NCBI GenBank assembly: GCA_014297435.1
Contig: JACOQA010000004.1
Location: 76,180 to 140,179, forward strand
Source of the DNA: Candidatus Nanohaloarchaea archaeon
GTDB taxonomy: Archaea > Nanohalarchaeota > Nanosalinia > Nanosalinales > Nanosalinaceae
DNA: 64,000 nt
Direction: 5' to 3'
Part shown: piece after piece, positions 49,151 through 58,130 of the stretch
Numbering within the stretch: the stretch's first letter is position 1
Layout: each line of letters opens with the position of its first letter
The notes under the pieces: model-generated
The model's input: the letters and a program-made list of their open reading frames with translations, nothing else
Database searches by the model: none
What the model was told of the DNA's origin: nothing
Translations under genes and position numbers: made by a program

Positions 49151-50350
49151 ATGGAAGACTTCCTGAGTCTGAAAGAGATAGAGGAAAAGAAAAACGAACT
49201 AAGGCAGGAAAGAGCCGAACTTGGAAACCCTCATGCACGAGAACTGAAAGACCTAGAGGAACCTATAGATTACATACTTGAAACCGAGGACAAATTCTTT
49301 GATCCACTACATGCGGTAGAGCTATTTGGAGAGGCTATCGACGTATGGAACTTTATAGATGAGTCATACAAGAAAAGTTACGGAACCGATTTTGAACCTT
49401 TAGATCAGATCCTGGACGGTACAACATTCACATGGGAGCAGGAGATGGAGGAGACCGAAGGACCTTTAACCCCAATCAATGAACCATCCTCAGATATTTT
49501 CGACAAGATGGACAAAGCATTCATGTTCTACGAAATCTCGGATCTTAGTGAAACCCCGGTTCTAAGCGAAGAGTTTGATGACTGGTTCAGCAGATTATTT
49601 GAGAAAGGCAGAAACATAGCGTTGATAGATGGCGCGGTCGACTCCTATAACGGCGGAAAGGACTATCAGGATCTTGTGATGGATACAGGAAACTATATGG
49701 ACTTCCTGTTGGATCAGCAGAGAAAGGATTTAGGCACAACTTTGCCGTTGAACAGGATAAACCACGATAGGATGAAATCTATGTTCAGCACCGAACAGGT
49801 CGAAAACCCTGAGAAGTACAAGGGCGCTAAAGTAGAGATGCCTAAACCTCATCCCCAGCTGAAGTATACGATGGCAAGAGAGTTCCTGGAAAGATACGAA
49901 GAACAAATAGAGAAAGCCAGAAATGAAAAAGGAGATAATACACAAGAACAAGATATCGTAGAGGAACAGGTTACCCGCACCGATACAAGAACTGTTGTGG
50001 ACTGGGAAATGTTCGGATCCGATCCCTCTGATGAGATGAAACAACTCTATGAAGCCGGAGCGAAGTATCAGGACGAATCCGATCTAGACCTCGATGCGGA
50101 GCGTCTAGGAAAGATTGTAGCCGATATGAACGGCGAAGATGTAGAGTACGAGCAAGGCGTGAAGCTTGGACCTCTAGGCGATGTAAAGAAGGCTGTTGAT
50201 GAAGTTGATGACCTAGACTTCAAGCTGCCCGTAGGCTCTAAACTTCACGAATTAAGGACCCTTGCCGAGTCAATAGATCATGCAGAGAATTATCGTACGC
50301 GGGAGGAGTTCGAATATACGAAAACTGTGAAGGTTAGGCAGAACGATTGA
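49151..50350 (+). CDS. Hypothetical acidic protein
   Basis: 399-aa ORF with TATA upstream; no recognised motif. Confidence 0.8.
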   Translation: MEDFLSLKEIEEKKNELRQERAELGNPHARELKDLEEPIDYILETEDKFFDPLHAVELFGEAIDVWNFIDESYKKSYGTDFEPLDQILDGTTFTWEQEMEETEGPLTPINEPSSDIFDKMDKAFMFYEISDLSETPVLSEEFDDWFSRLFEKGRNIALIDGAVDSYNGGKDYQDLVMDTGNYMDFLLDQQRKDLGTTLPLNRINHDRMKSMFSTEQVENPEKYKGAKVEMPKPHPQLKYTMAREFLERYEEQIEKARNEKGDNTQEQDIVEEQVTRTDTRTVVDWEMFGSDPSDEMKQLYEAGAKYQDESDLDLDAERLGKIVADMNGEDVEYEQGVKLGPLGDVKKAVDEVDDLDFKLPVGSKLHELRTLAESIDHAENYRTREEFEYTKTVKVRQND

Positions 50351-50401
50351 TGCCGGAAATCTTTCAAACCAGGTTTTTCAATTAATTATATTAAAGAAGA
50401 A

Positions 50402-51277
50402 TTATAATTCGAACTCTCCTTTACAAGCGGCTTTCAGCCCGTGAACTACTGCTTCTTCGCCCAATGAGTTTTCTTCAACTATAGGCTCCTGATTCATTAA
50501 GCCGTCCTCCACCTTTTCGAACGGTTCTTCGACAACTTTCTCAAAATGGTTTTGTGCTACGGCTCCACCTACCCAGATTACTTCAGGATTGAACAGGTTG
50601 ATCAGGTTCTCAAAACCTCTGGCGTTGCATTCCTGCATCTTGTCTATAACTTTCTCGGCAGTTCTATCACCTATCTCCTGTTTTTCGAATATTTCTCTTG
50701 AGTCCTTGTAGTTCCTGTTGAATAGTTGTTCAGCCATTAAAGGCATTCTGTCGCCTGCACTATAGGCTTCCCAGTGGTCGCAGCCCCCGCAACCGCACTT
50801 CACTCCGTCTTTACCTATCTCCATATGTCCAACCTCTCCAAGGTTTCCGCCCCAGCCCTCAAGGATCTCTCCATCCACTATAACACCTGCGCCTATACCG
50901 GAGCTTATGGTGAGGTAGATCATGTCTTCAGCCGAGTTTCTTCCGTAGTAATATTCTCCTGCGACTGCTGCTGTCGCATCGTTCATCATTTTTACATCTC
51001 CGTAGCCTGAAAGCATTTCTCTGAGGTTGAAGCTTTCTTTCGAAAGGTTTGGTGGGTAGAACTCCCCTTTCGCTCTGTCGATAGGTCCTGCAGCCGCCAC
51101 CGCGACGTGTTCGAGATCTTCTAATTCATGGGATGATTCACGAACAACCGCTTCTACTAGTTCGTCTGTGTTTTCGAAGAAGTAGCGTGTGCTGTATTTT
51201 TCGACTGTTTCGAAGTCCTGTTTTCCTGTACCGATTACGGTGTTGGTGGCTCCTATGTCAACGCAGAGAAACGCCAT
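50402..51277 (-). CDS. ROK-family sugar kinase (glucokinase)
   Basis: DIGAT, ND..AA..GE, TISSGIGAG, GEVGH, CGCG..HWE. Confidence 0.94.
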   Translation of the reverse strand: MAFLCVDIGATNTVIGTGKQDFETVEKYSTRYFFENTDELVEAVVRESSHELEDLEHVAVAAAGPIDRAKGEFYPPNLSKESFNLREMLSGYGDVKMMNDATAAVAGEYYYGRNSAEDMIYLTISSGIGAGVIVDGEILEGWGGNLGEVGHMEIGKDGVKCGCGGCDHWEAYSAGDRMPLMAEQLFNRNYKDSREIFEKQEIGDRTAEKVIDKMQECNARGFENLINLFNPEVIWVGGAVAQNHFEKVVEEPFEKVEDGLMNQEPIVEENSLGEEAVVHGLKAACKGEFEL

Positions 51278-51354
51278 AGAGGAAGCTTGATTTAACCAGA
51301 ATTTAAGCTTTCGGAAGAATCACTCTCAACAAACATAAATTAATTTAGTCTTTA

Positions 51355-51927
51355 TTGGCTTTTATGTCCTCTGAGAAATTCTTAGAGTTTCTAGAAGTGT
51401 TGAAGAAGGACTATGAGGACAAAAGTTACAGTTGCCAAGTTTTCAATGAGACCTATCCCGGCGCACTGGAAAGTGTGGACGAAACTGTCGAACCGGAAGG
51501 CAAAATAGATCTGCTTTTCGAGGATCGCTATTCTGCTGCCGACAAAATGGTTGGGGCAACAAGAACGTCTATGATAAGTAGACCTCTCCTGGAAAAACGC
51601 CTTGATAGAAAAAGGAAGAAAAACGCTGGAGCCGCCCTCCACGTAGAATCAGTAAAAAATACGAAAGTAAACACCGAATTGGCTCTAAAACCTGAGGGTG
51701 AGCTAAAAACAGTTTATGAACTTTACGAAGGAACACAGGGGAGCTTTGAATGGGGAGATGCAGAGACAGTTGTTTCCAACCCCTCAAATCTCTACCGGAT
51801 GAGGGACGAGTATCTGATCCAAGTGAACCAGGAAGTACTTAGAGAAAGAGATGAAGAGAGATGGGAGCTGTGTAACGACCTAGAGGATACCGTTGATCTA
51901 TTGAGAGATGTCGAAGTCTATTTATAG
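51355..51927 (+). CDS. Hypothetical protein
   Basis: 190-aa acidic ORF. Confidence 0.65.
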   Translation: MAFMSSEKFLEFLEVLKKDYEDKSYSCQVFNETYPGALESVDETVEPEGKIDLLFEDRYSAADKMVGATRTSMISRPLLEKRLDRKRKKNAGAALHVESVKNTKVNTELALKPEGELKTVYELYEGTQGSFEWGDAETVVSNPSNLYRMRDEYLIQVNQEVLRERDEERWELCNDLEDTVDLLRDVEVYL

Positions 51928-52166
51928 TGCTCTTCTAGATATTCGACGATGTCGTCGCTTTCCGGCATTACAACATCTTCGTTAGGATCTACAAGTACAG
52001 GGACGTTAGTCTGTCCTGAAACCTCTTCGACCCTAGAACGGTCATCAGGATCGACTGCGCGTGCGATGAAATCTATCCCAAGATCAGTCATCTTCTGTCT
52101 TACTTTTGAGCAAAAAGGACATCCTTCGAACTGGTATACCTCCAGCATTTGATCTGGTTGCGTCAT
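51918..52166 (-). CDS. Glutaredoxin / GST N-terminal domain protein
   Basis: CPFC, VPVLVDP, ESDDIVEYL. Confidence 0.92.
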   Translation of the reverse strand: MTQPDQMLEVYQFEGCPFCSKVRQKMTDLGIDFIARAVDPDDRSRVEEVSGQTNVPVLVDPNEDVVMPESDDIVEYLEEHYK

Positions 52167-52198
52167 AATCCTATTAGTGGTATAGCTGGATTTAAGCC

Positions 52199-52630
52199 TT
52201 AATCTAACTGTTCGGTAACCTTCTCCAAGAGTTCAACCTGGTTATCATGAGTTAAAAGTCCTTCAGTATCTTCTCTGTTCAAGAAGAAACCTGAGTCGTG
52301 TTCATCGTGAGGATTACCTTCTACATCAATTATAGCTTTGTCGGCTACTTTTACTAGGAAGCACTTATACTCACGTTTGATTTCTTCGCCTTCTCTTTCA
52401 AAGCTCCACTCAAGAACTTCATCAGTCCCCTCTATTTCCTTTAGATGTTCTTCTCCAATACCGGCTTCTTCCTCCATTTCAAGCCTGACTGTTTCCTCGT
52501 AATCATCGTTTTCTAGGTGGCCTTTTGGTAGTTCCCAGCCTTCCCAGTTCTTCTTCCTGTTTAAAACTGCGAAACGCGGGCTTCTGCCGGGTTTGTAAGC
52601 TATTATCACTACGCCTTTTTCCGTTTTCAC
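52199..52630 (-). CDS. NUDIX hydrolase
   Basis: WELPKGH...EMEEEAG. Confidence 0.88.
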   Translation of the reverse strand: MKTEKGVVIIAYKPGRSPRFAVLNRKKNWEGWELPKGHLENDDYEETVRLEMEEEAGIGEEHLKEIEGTDEVLEWSFEREGEEIKREYKCFLVKVADKAIIDVEGNPHDEHDSGFFLNREDTEGLLTHDNQVELLEKVTEQLD

Positions 52631-52633
52631 TTT

Positions 52634-52876
52634 TTACCTGCCTCCATGAAGTTGTTTTCTGTTCCTGAGGTAGAGTTCTGCTCCCAGTACGAAGAAGATG
52701 AATCCGCCTATTATAGCTCCAGCTTGAAGTCTCAACGTATCAACACTCTGGCTGGATGAACCTGTAATTATTGTGATAAATCCTGTTATAACTCCTAGGA
52801 AGCTTAGGAGCATCAGTATTTCGCCGGTTCTTCTTTTCGTGGATCGATCCACTGTAGGTGCTAATCCTTCAATCAT
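52634..52876 (-). CDS. Small two-TM protein
   Basis: Two hydrophobic helices. Confidence 0.65.
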   Translation of the reverse strand: MIEGLAPTVDRSTKRRTGEILMLLSFLGVITGFITIITGSSSQSVDTLRLQAGAIIGGFIFFVLGAELYLRNRKQLHGGR

Positions 52877-52971
52877 TTTAATGAAGCTTGTGACAGTACG
52901 GCAGAAAACCCTGTAAAACAGGAAATAGTTTTTATAGCTGGTGTACGTGTTTAGTATTAATTGGTGTCAAC

Positions 52972-53598
52972 ATGATAAAGCGTTTGAAGGAGCTGTTCAG
53001 CAACCTTTTCAGCGACTCGGAAAAGGACGATATTAGCATAGGGATTTATGGCCCTCCAAACGCAGGTAAATCAACTTTAGCTAACCAGATCTCTCTCGAC
53101 TTAACAGGAGAGGACATGACAAGTGTTTCTGAAGTTCCTCACGAAACCAGAGCTGTTGAGAAAAAGGAAAAAGTTACGATTGAATCGGACGGTCAATCAA
53201 TCGACATGAACCTGCTTGACATGCCAGGAATCTCAACCAACGTCGACTTCAAAGACTTTACAGAACACGGTCTTGAAGAGGATGAAGCCAAGGGAAGAGC
53301 GAAAGAAGCTACAAAAGGAATTGTGGAAGCAATCAAATACTTGGACGATGTTGACGCATGCCTCGTAATCTTCGACGCAACAGAAGATCCATATACACAA
53401 GTAAACGTTACTATTATCGGAAACCTTGAAGCAAAAGATATTCCGATTCTTGTTCTCGCAAACAAAGTTGATCTGGAGGGCGCAGAACCTGAAAGAGTTA
53501 GAGATGCTTTCCCACAGCATCCAGTTCTCGAAATTTCTGCCAAAGAAGGCACAAACATCGACAAACTTTATCAGGAAATAATTGAAAGGTTAGGCTAA
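52972..53598 (+). CDS. oapA: Era-like GTPase, origin-associated protein A
   Basis: GPPNAGKST, PHETR, DMPG, RAKEATKG, DPYTQVN, NKVD, ISA. Confidence 0.9.
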   Translation: MIKRLKELFSNLFSDSEKDDISIGIYGPPNAGKSTLANQISLDLTGEDMTSVSEVPHETRAVEKKEKVTIESDGQSIDMNLLDMPGISTNVDFKDFTEHGLEEDEAKGRAKEATKGIVEAIKYLDDVDACLVIFDATEDPYTQVNVTIIGNLEAKDIPILVLANKVDLEGAEPERVRDAFPQHPVLEISAKEGTNIDKLYQEIIERLG

Positions 53599-53987
53599 TG
53601 GGCGATGAAGGAGTCACAATAGAGTTTCTCTCGAAGGACAAGCTGGATAAGAGCTTTGATGAGAAGCTGGAATTCGTTCTCAACAAAGTGAAGGACGACG
53701 CAGTACTTGTCCTCGGAGAATCATGGACTCCTGAAGAGAAACGAGAACTTATACAGGCATCGATGGAAGAAGTAGACGAGGACTTTCCCGGAGTAGAGTT
53801 CATGGGTCTTGAATCAAGCGACTCACCTTTTGAAAAAGCCAAGAGCATGTTCTACTCCAAATTTATGAAAGAAGAATATAGGAAAGGAATGACAATTGTT
53901 GGAAACGCCCGCGTAATGGAAAAAGTCCAGGAAGAACGCGACTCGGTTTCGTTCCTAGCAAAGATCGGCGAAGAGGAGGAAAAATAG
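53598..53987 (+). CDS. oapB: DUF2073 protein, origin-associated protein B
   Basis: TPEE..LI..M..D.DFPGVE...GMTIVG; synteny with oapA. Confidence 0.85.
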   Translation: MGDEGVTIEFLSKDKLDKSFDEKLEFVLNKVKDDAVLVLGESWTPEEKRELIQASMEEVDEDFPGVEFMGLESSDSPFEKAKSMFYSKFMKEEYRKGMTIVGNARVMEKVQEERDSVSFLAKIGEEEEK

Positions 53988-53988
53988 A

Positions 53989-54363
53989 ATGCCTCACCGC
54001 TGCATGAACTGCGGAAGAACCTACGAAGAAGATTCTGAAGAACTTATCTCCGGCTGCGAATGTGGATCCTCTTTGTTTATCTTTGAGAAAGAATCCGAGA
54101 TAGATGAAGAGGAACGTGAAGAAGTCAAAGAAGACTTAGAGGATTTGAAACAGCAAGGATTCGAGGACGGGGAAAACATTAAATTCAAGTTCGATCTAGA
54201 CTCGATTATAGTTGAAGAGGAAGGAGTATACAATATAAATGTTTCGAGATTGCTGGAGGAAGTCCCTCTAGTAATCCGGAAGACAGAAGGAGTTTACCAC
54301 GTACACCTGCCTTCTGCATTCAAGCCTGAAACTGCGGACATAAGTCCGGAGGATCTTTCATGA
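53989..54363 (+). CDS. oapC: Zn-ribbon DUF2072 protein, origin-associated protein C
   Basis: MPHRCMNCG...GCECG..F; SI...EGVY.IN..L. Confidence 0.87.
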   Translation: MPHRCMNCGRTYEEDSEELISGCECGSSLFIFEKESEIDEEEREEVKEDLEDLKQQGFEDGENIKFKFDLDSIIVEEEGVYNINVSRLLEEVPLVIRKTEGVYHVHLPSAFKPETADISPEDLS

Positions 54364-54617
54364 CAGAAGAACGACCTAAAGATAGATTTGGACTGCCGAA
54401 GATGACCACAAACCAGGAAGTAGCAATATCATTCGCCCTGTTCTCACTAGGAACACTACTAATTCTCTCGGTACTTTATCCGCTTTCGAACATGATGGAG
54501 ATAGGTCCTGCATATATGGGCGTTATAATGACTGCAACAGGATACTTCTTCGCGATCGAATCGATCAGAGAACTTGAGGAGAAGGATCACTTCCTCTCAA
54601 AAAGACTGATGAAGTAG
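54360..54617 (+). CDS. Two-TM membrane protein
   Basis: ATGA-coupled to oapC. Confidence 0.75.
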   Translation: MTEERPKDRFGLPKMTTNQEVAISFALFSLGTLLILSVLYPLSNMMEIGPAYMGVIMTATGYFFAIESIRELEEKDHFLSKRLMK

Positions 54618-54660
54618 GAGTAAACCAAAAAATAAAACCTTTCCTTTCTACTATTAACTC

Positions 54661-54936
54661 ATGGCAACAGAAGAAGTGGATCTTGACTTCGAATTCTCAA
54701 ATGAAGAACTTGCTAACTTTCTGGACAACTTTGCTGATAAGGTAAGAACCGGAGAAGTCGGTCTCTCATTCAAGGGAAGAAAGGAAGTACATATCTCGCC
54801 TAACCAGGATAACAAACTCGAGATGGAGTTCAAAGAAGGATCAACATACAGAAAACTTGAGCTAGAAGTCCAGCTCCACGAGAAGATGGAAGCAACAGAG
54901 GAAGGAAGAAGAAAGATCGACGTGGAAGTCGTTTAA
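54661..54936 (+). CDS. Amphi-Trp-domain-like protein
   Basis: SNEELANFL...V...LEME......KLELEV pattern, but the terminal Trp is absent. Confidence 0.65.
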   Translation: MATEEVDLDFEFSNEELANFLDNFADKVRTGEVGLSFKGRKEVHISPNQDNKLEMEFKEGSTYRKLELEVQLHEKMEATEEGRRKIDVEVV

Positions 54937-54955
54937 TCCAATACCTCTTTTTCTT

Positions 54956-55321
54956 TTACTGTCCAAAGCTCTCCAGTATCTCAATCATTCTCTGATTCTG
55001 CTCAATAATTCTATCAAGCTTATTCTCAACCGAAGACATATCAGCGTTACCGGAAGAACTAGCAGAATCACTAGATGACGAAGTCAGAGGATTCTCATCC
55101 TTACTACGGCTATTCGGACTAGTCTTTGAGCTATTTGAAGGCTGTTTCTGAAGACCATCCTCTTCAAGAACCTCGATCGGTGTATCGTCACCGTCCTCTT
55201 CCTCTTCTTCCGAGGATTCTTCTGCAGCTTCCTTCAAAGTATCGAAAGATGCCTTGTGGTTGCTGTTTCCTTCACCTCCTTTGTCCTTTACGGAGTCCTT
55301 CACGTTATCATAGTAGCTCAT
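54956..55321 (-). CDS. Low-complexity protein with C-terminal coiled motif
   Basis: S/E-rich; ends KLDRIIEQNQRMIEILESF. Confidence 0.75.
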   Translation of the reverse strand: MSYYDNVKDSVKDKGGEGNSNHKASFDTLKEAAEESSEEEEEDGDDTPIEVLEEDGLQKQPSNSSKTSPNSRSKDENPLTSSSSDSASSSGNADMSSVENKLDRIIEQNQRMIEILESFGQ

Positions 55322-55592
55322 TCATACCCTCTCCTACATTAGAAGTATTTGTTTCTTCTTTTTCCTCTTCGTCGACAAGCTTTTCGAGAAGGCGGATAAT
55401 CTTCTGGTTCTGCTCATAGATATCTCTATTTGAGACTGAATCCGATCCTTTGGAGCTCTCCAGTCTTTTCTCGGATTTCTGACTTGATCCAAACTTGGAT
55501 TCTACCTCGGAGTGTAGCTCGGAGCCCGAGGATTCATCAGGCACATCTATCCTGACCTCTCCTTTCGCTTCATCTCTATCAAAAAGACCCAT
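55308..55592 (-). CDS. Low-complexity protein with coiled motif
   Basis: MGLFDR start; DIYEQNQKIIRLLEKL. Confidence 0.75.
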   Translation of the reverse strand: MGLFDRDEAKGEVRIDVPDESSGSELHSEVESKFGSSQKSEKRLESSKGSDSVSNRDIYEQNQKIIRLLEKLVDEEEKEETNTSNVGEGMNELL

Positions 55593-55645
55593 ACCTCAAA
55601 CTTTGTGCGGTCTCAAATAAAAGGTTTGCCGGTCTTTCCAAACCT

Positions 55646-56128
55646 GTGAAGGCGGAGATCAAACCGACGGAGAAGTTAGACATTCTAGAGGACAACCTCC
55701 AGAAACGGGTTAAGTCTGTTGAAAGACAGGAAAACAGGCTTCTAGTAGAGGTAGAGAATAAGGAGAAGCTTGAAAGAATTCCCGGCATTGAAAGATTCGA
55801 GGTAGATAACGAGGAGTTTGAAGGCATCGGCGGCAGACCTGTCGATGAAGAAGCATACATTCGTATCGAGTCAAAAGGGGATGCTGTAAGAGCTTTTCTT
55901 GCCACAGTAGATGGATATGATCTAAGGGTTCTCGAAACAGATAGAGAATGGGACCTAAGAAACCTGAAAAAATACAACCCCGATATCAAACATCTAAAGT
56001 TCAATAAGCCTAAAGAGGTTCTGGGTATCGAGAAGACTGTTACCGATCTTGATTCGAATCTTGAGAAGGTTGAAATTGATACTGATGAATCAGATATAGA
56101 GCCTATTTATAGGCGTTTCTTGACGTAA
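55646..56128 (+). CDS. Hypothetical protein
   Basis: 160-aa ORF. Confidence 0.7.
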   Translation: MKAEIKPTEKLDILEDNLQKRVKSVERQENRLLVEVENKEKLERIPGIERFEVDNEEFEGIGGRPVDEEAYIRIESKGDAVRAFLATVDGYDLRVLETDREWDLRNLKKYNPDIKHLKFNKPKEVLGIEKTVTDLDSNLEKVEIDTDESDIEPIYRRFLT

Positions 56129-56174
56129 TGGAAAGGTTTTAAACCATCTACGGTTTAAGTTTGGATTGGTAGGC

Positions 56175-56477
56175 ATGAAGGACATCGACTTTGAACGAAC
56201 GGAATACGTAACAAACAGAGAACTTGAGAACGATGAAGGAGAAGAAACAGGACAGCTACAGATGTTTTCTTATGATAACGAGCTTTTCCACTTCAAGATG
56301 ACGTGTCCTTACTGCCAGCACGAATTCGAGGGCAAACAGGAACTTGGTTCACGACCATGGTGGATCGAATGTCCTGAATGCACCAGAAGCACTAACGTTT
56401 ACAGGATTAAGGACAAGAAGAAGCGGGAGATCAAGGACAGAGGACCTGACGCACCTGACGACGTAGACGTGACCTAG
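56175..56477 (+). CDS. Zn-ribbon protein
   Basis: CPYC...CPEC. Confidence 0.75.
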   Translation: MKDIDFERTEYVTNRELENDEGEETGQLQMFSYDNELFHFKMTCPYCQHEFEGKQELGSRPWWIECPECTRSTNVYRIKDKKKREIKDRGPDAPDDVDVT

Positions 56478-56479
56478 AG

Positions 56480-56785
56480 ATGATAGAACAAGAGGAGAAA
56501 GGCGACAAAGTCTTCTGCACTCTTGAATCCGAAGATAAAGAACTTGAAATTGAGATAAGTTCAGGAATTCAATCTCTTGCTTTTATAGAGTCTGAGGACT
56601 TTGACTTTGCCAGAATTTTATCCGGCGAGGATAAGAGGATCCGTTTGAACCAGCTAGGTTTAAGACTGAAAGGTGAGGCAAATCTCACCAACATAACGGA
56701 GGAAGACTTCTCAATAGTTCTCTTTGAAGACGCAGAGATATACGCAGTTGAGCCTTGGACAGAAGAGCCAGAGCAGATTTTCTAA
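56480..56785 (+). CDS. Hypothetical acidic protein
   Basis: 101-aa ORF 2 nt after the previous stop. Confidence 0.65.
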   Translation: MIEQEEKGDKVFCTLESEDKELEIEISSGIQSLAFIESEDFDFARILSGEDKRIRLNQLGLRLKGEANLTNITEEDFSIVLFEDAEIYAVEPWTEEPEQIF

Positions 56786-56919
56786 TCCGTTTTCCTACCA
56801 CTGTCTCTCATCTTAAATAATACTTAGTCTGTTGTCTGTCTAAAAACTCTCGCGTATTCTCAAAAACGTCTACTGGACACAGGCATGCAGCATATGAATT
56901 TGAACTGTCAAAAAACCGG

Positions 56920-57867
56920 TTAAACGTCTAAAAGTTCCTGCTGGGAGAGAAATCTTTCCTCCTCTGTTATCCACTCCTCAATTTTTTCGGCTAAACGTTC
57001 CCCGTAAACCTCTAGGTCGTCTATATGTTCAATCGTCTTTCCTGTTCCTCTTGACTTTGACAAGGGTTTTCCCTCCTTGTCGGCAATCATAGGTGCGAGG
57101 AAGTAGTCAGGTGTTTGTCCGCAAGCAATTTCTGTTATCTTCTCAACCTTCTCTATTTTAGAGGTCTTCATCTCTTTCTCTGCTTTCCGGTAGTCTCCTC
57201 CGAAGACATGTACTGCTACATCTCTACCAGGATCCCTGACAGGATCTACAAGATAGTAGACTCCTTTTTTACCTGAAATATTGTCAGCTGCAAAGCCTTC
57301 ACTACAGTCTTTATTTCTGCATGCGAAGACAAGTTCATCTGTGTTCTCTGAATAAGCTGCGCCTTTTGAATGTGAGAAACCGCAGCCGCAGACATTCGTG
57401 ACAGGCGATCTGTACCTTCTGCGGAAACCACCTCCGAACACCTCGTCAAAACGTTCCATTGACGAAAGTAGGTTGCTAAGAGCATCGGCGTAATGCTTCT
57501 CGGCTTCAATGTTCGAAAGATAACCAACTTCTACTTCAAGGTCTACCTCTTGTTCCAGACCTTTCAGAAAAGGCTTTATCTCGTCAACTCTGTGCTCTGC
57601 GATATTCGAATGTTTTCCACAGCCACAGCTTCTTTCGAAAAACAGCTTCATCACATCCGAGTTCTCGGGTTTGTGGTTCTCATGGATATGGGCGCTCCAG
57701 TCTGTATCACAACACATCAAGTCAAGCTCAAGACCCAATTTATCAGCTATAACCGCAGCATAACCTATGGAGAGAAGATTTCCGACGTGAAGCTTTCCGG
57801 AAGGTCGAAAACCTACCGCAACCCTATCTCCCTCAGGATCTAAGTTTTCAAGGTTTGAAGTCCTCAT
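56920..57867 (-). CDS. Class I lysyl-tRNA synthetase-like catalytic domain lacking the anticodon-binding domain
   Basis: GFRPSGKLHVGN (HIGH), H.NIAEH, SP...CGCG...C...C insertion, HVFGGDY (cf. EPFGKDH), KPLSKSRG (KMSKS); stops about 40 aa later. Confidence 0.8.
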   Translation of the reverse strand: MRTSNLENLDPEGDRVAVGFRPSGKLHVGNLLSIGYAAVIADKLGLELDLMCCDTDWSAHIHENHKPENSDVMKLFFERSCGCGKHSNIAEHRVDEIKPFLKGLEQEVDLEVEVGYLSNIEAEKHYADALSNLLSSMERFDEVFGGGFRRRYRSPVTNVCGCGFSHSKGAAYSENTDELVFACRNKDCSEGFAADNISGKKGVYYLVDPVRDPGRDVAVHVFGGDYRKAEKEMKTSKIEKVEKITEIACGQTPDYFLAPMIADKEGKPLSKSRGTGKTIEHIDDLEVYGERLAEKIEEWITEEERFLSQQELLDV

Positions 57868-57920
57868 AACCCACTCTTTAGATTGAAAGCTTCAAAACCA
57901 TTGTCCGACCATAACGTGTC

Positions 57921-58031
57921 ATGAAGCCGCTGAAGAAAATCCGTTCTATAATCAGAACAGTTAGAAGTGCATTAATCTTCCTTGGACTACTGAGTGTGTT
58001 GAGGAGAGCCGGCGATATAAGAAAGAGGTAG
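57921..58031 (+). CDS. Cationic amphipathic peptide 1 (36 aa)
   Basis: MKPLKKIRSIIRTVRSALIFLGLLSVLRRAGDIRKR. Confidence 0.6.
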   Translation: MKPLKKIRSIIRTVRSALIFLGLLSVLRRAGDIRKR

Positions 58032-58052
58032 AGAAACTCAAGCCTGTCGAAG

Positions 58053-58130
58053 ATGATAAGCAAAAGGATCAAGTTCCGTAAACTTCACAACAAACACCTT
58101 AAGAAACGGAACGAACTTTTTGAAGTATGA
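58053..58130 (+). CDS. Possible cationic peptide 2 (25 aa)
   Basis: MISKRIKFRKLHNKHLKKRNELFEV; ATGA overlap with peptide 3; could instead be promoter DNA. Confidence 0.3.
   Translation: MISKRIKFRKLHNKHLKKRNELFEV

Noticed and set aside
48263-50400. Integrated element at the tRNA genes
   Set aside because: No integrase and no duplicated tRNA 3' end seen.
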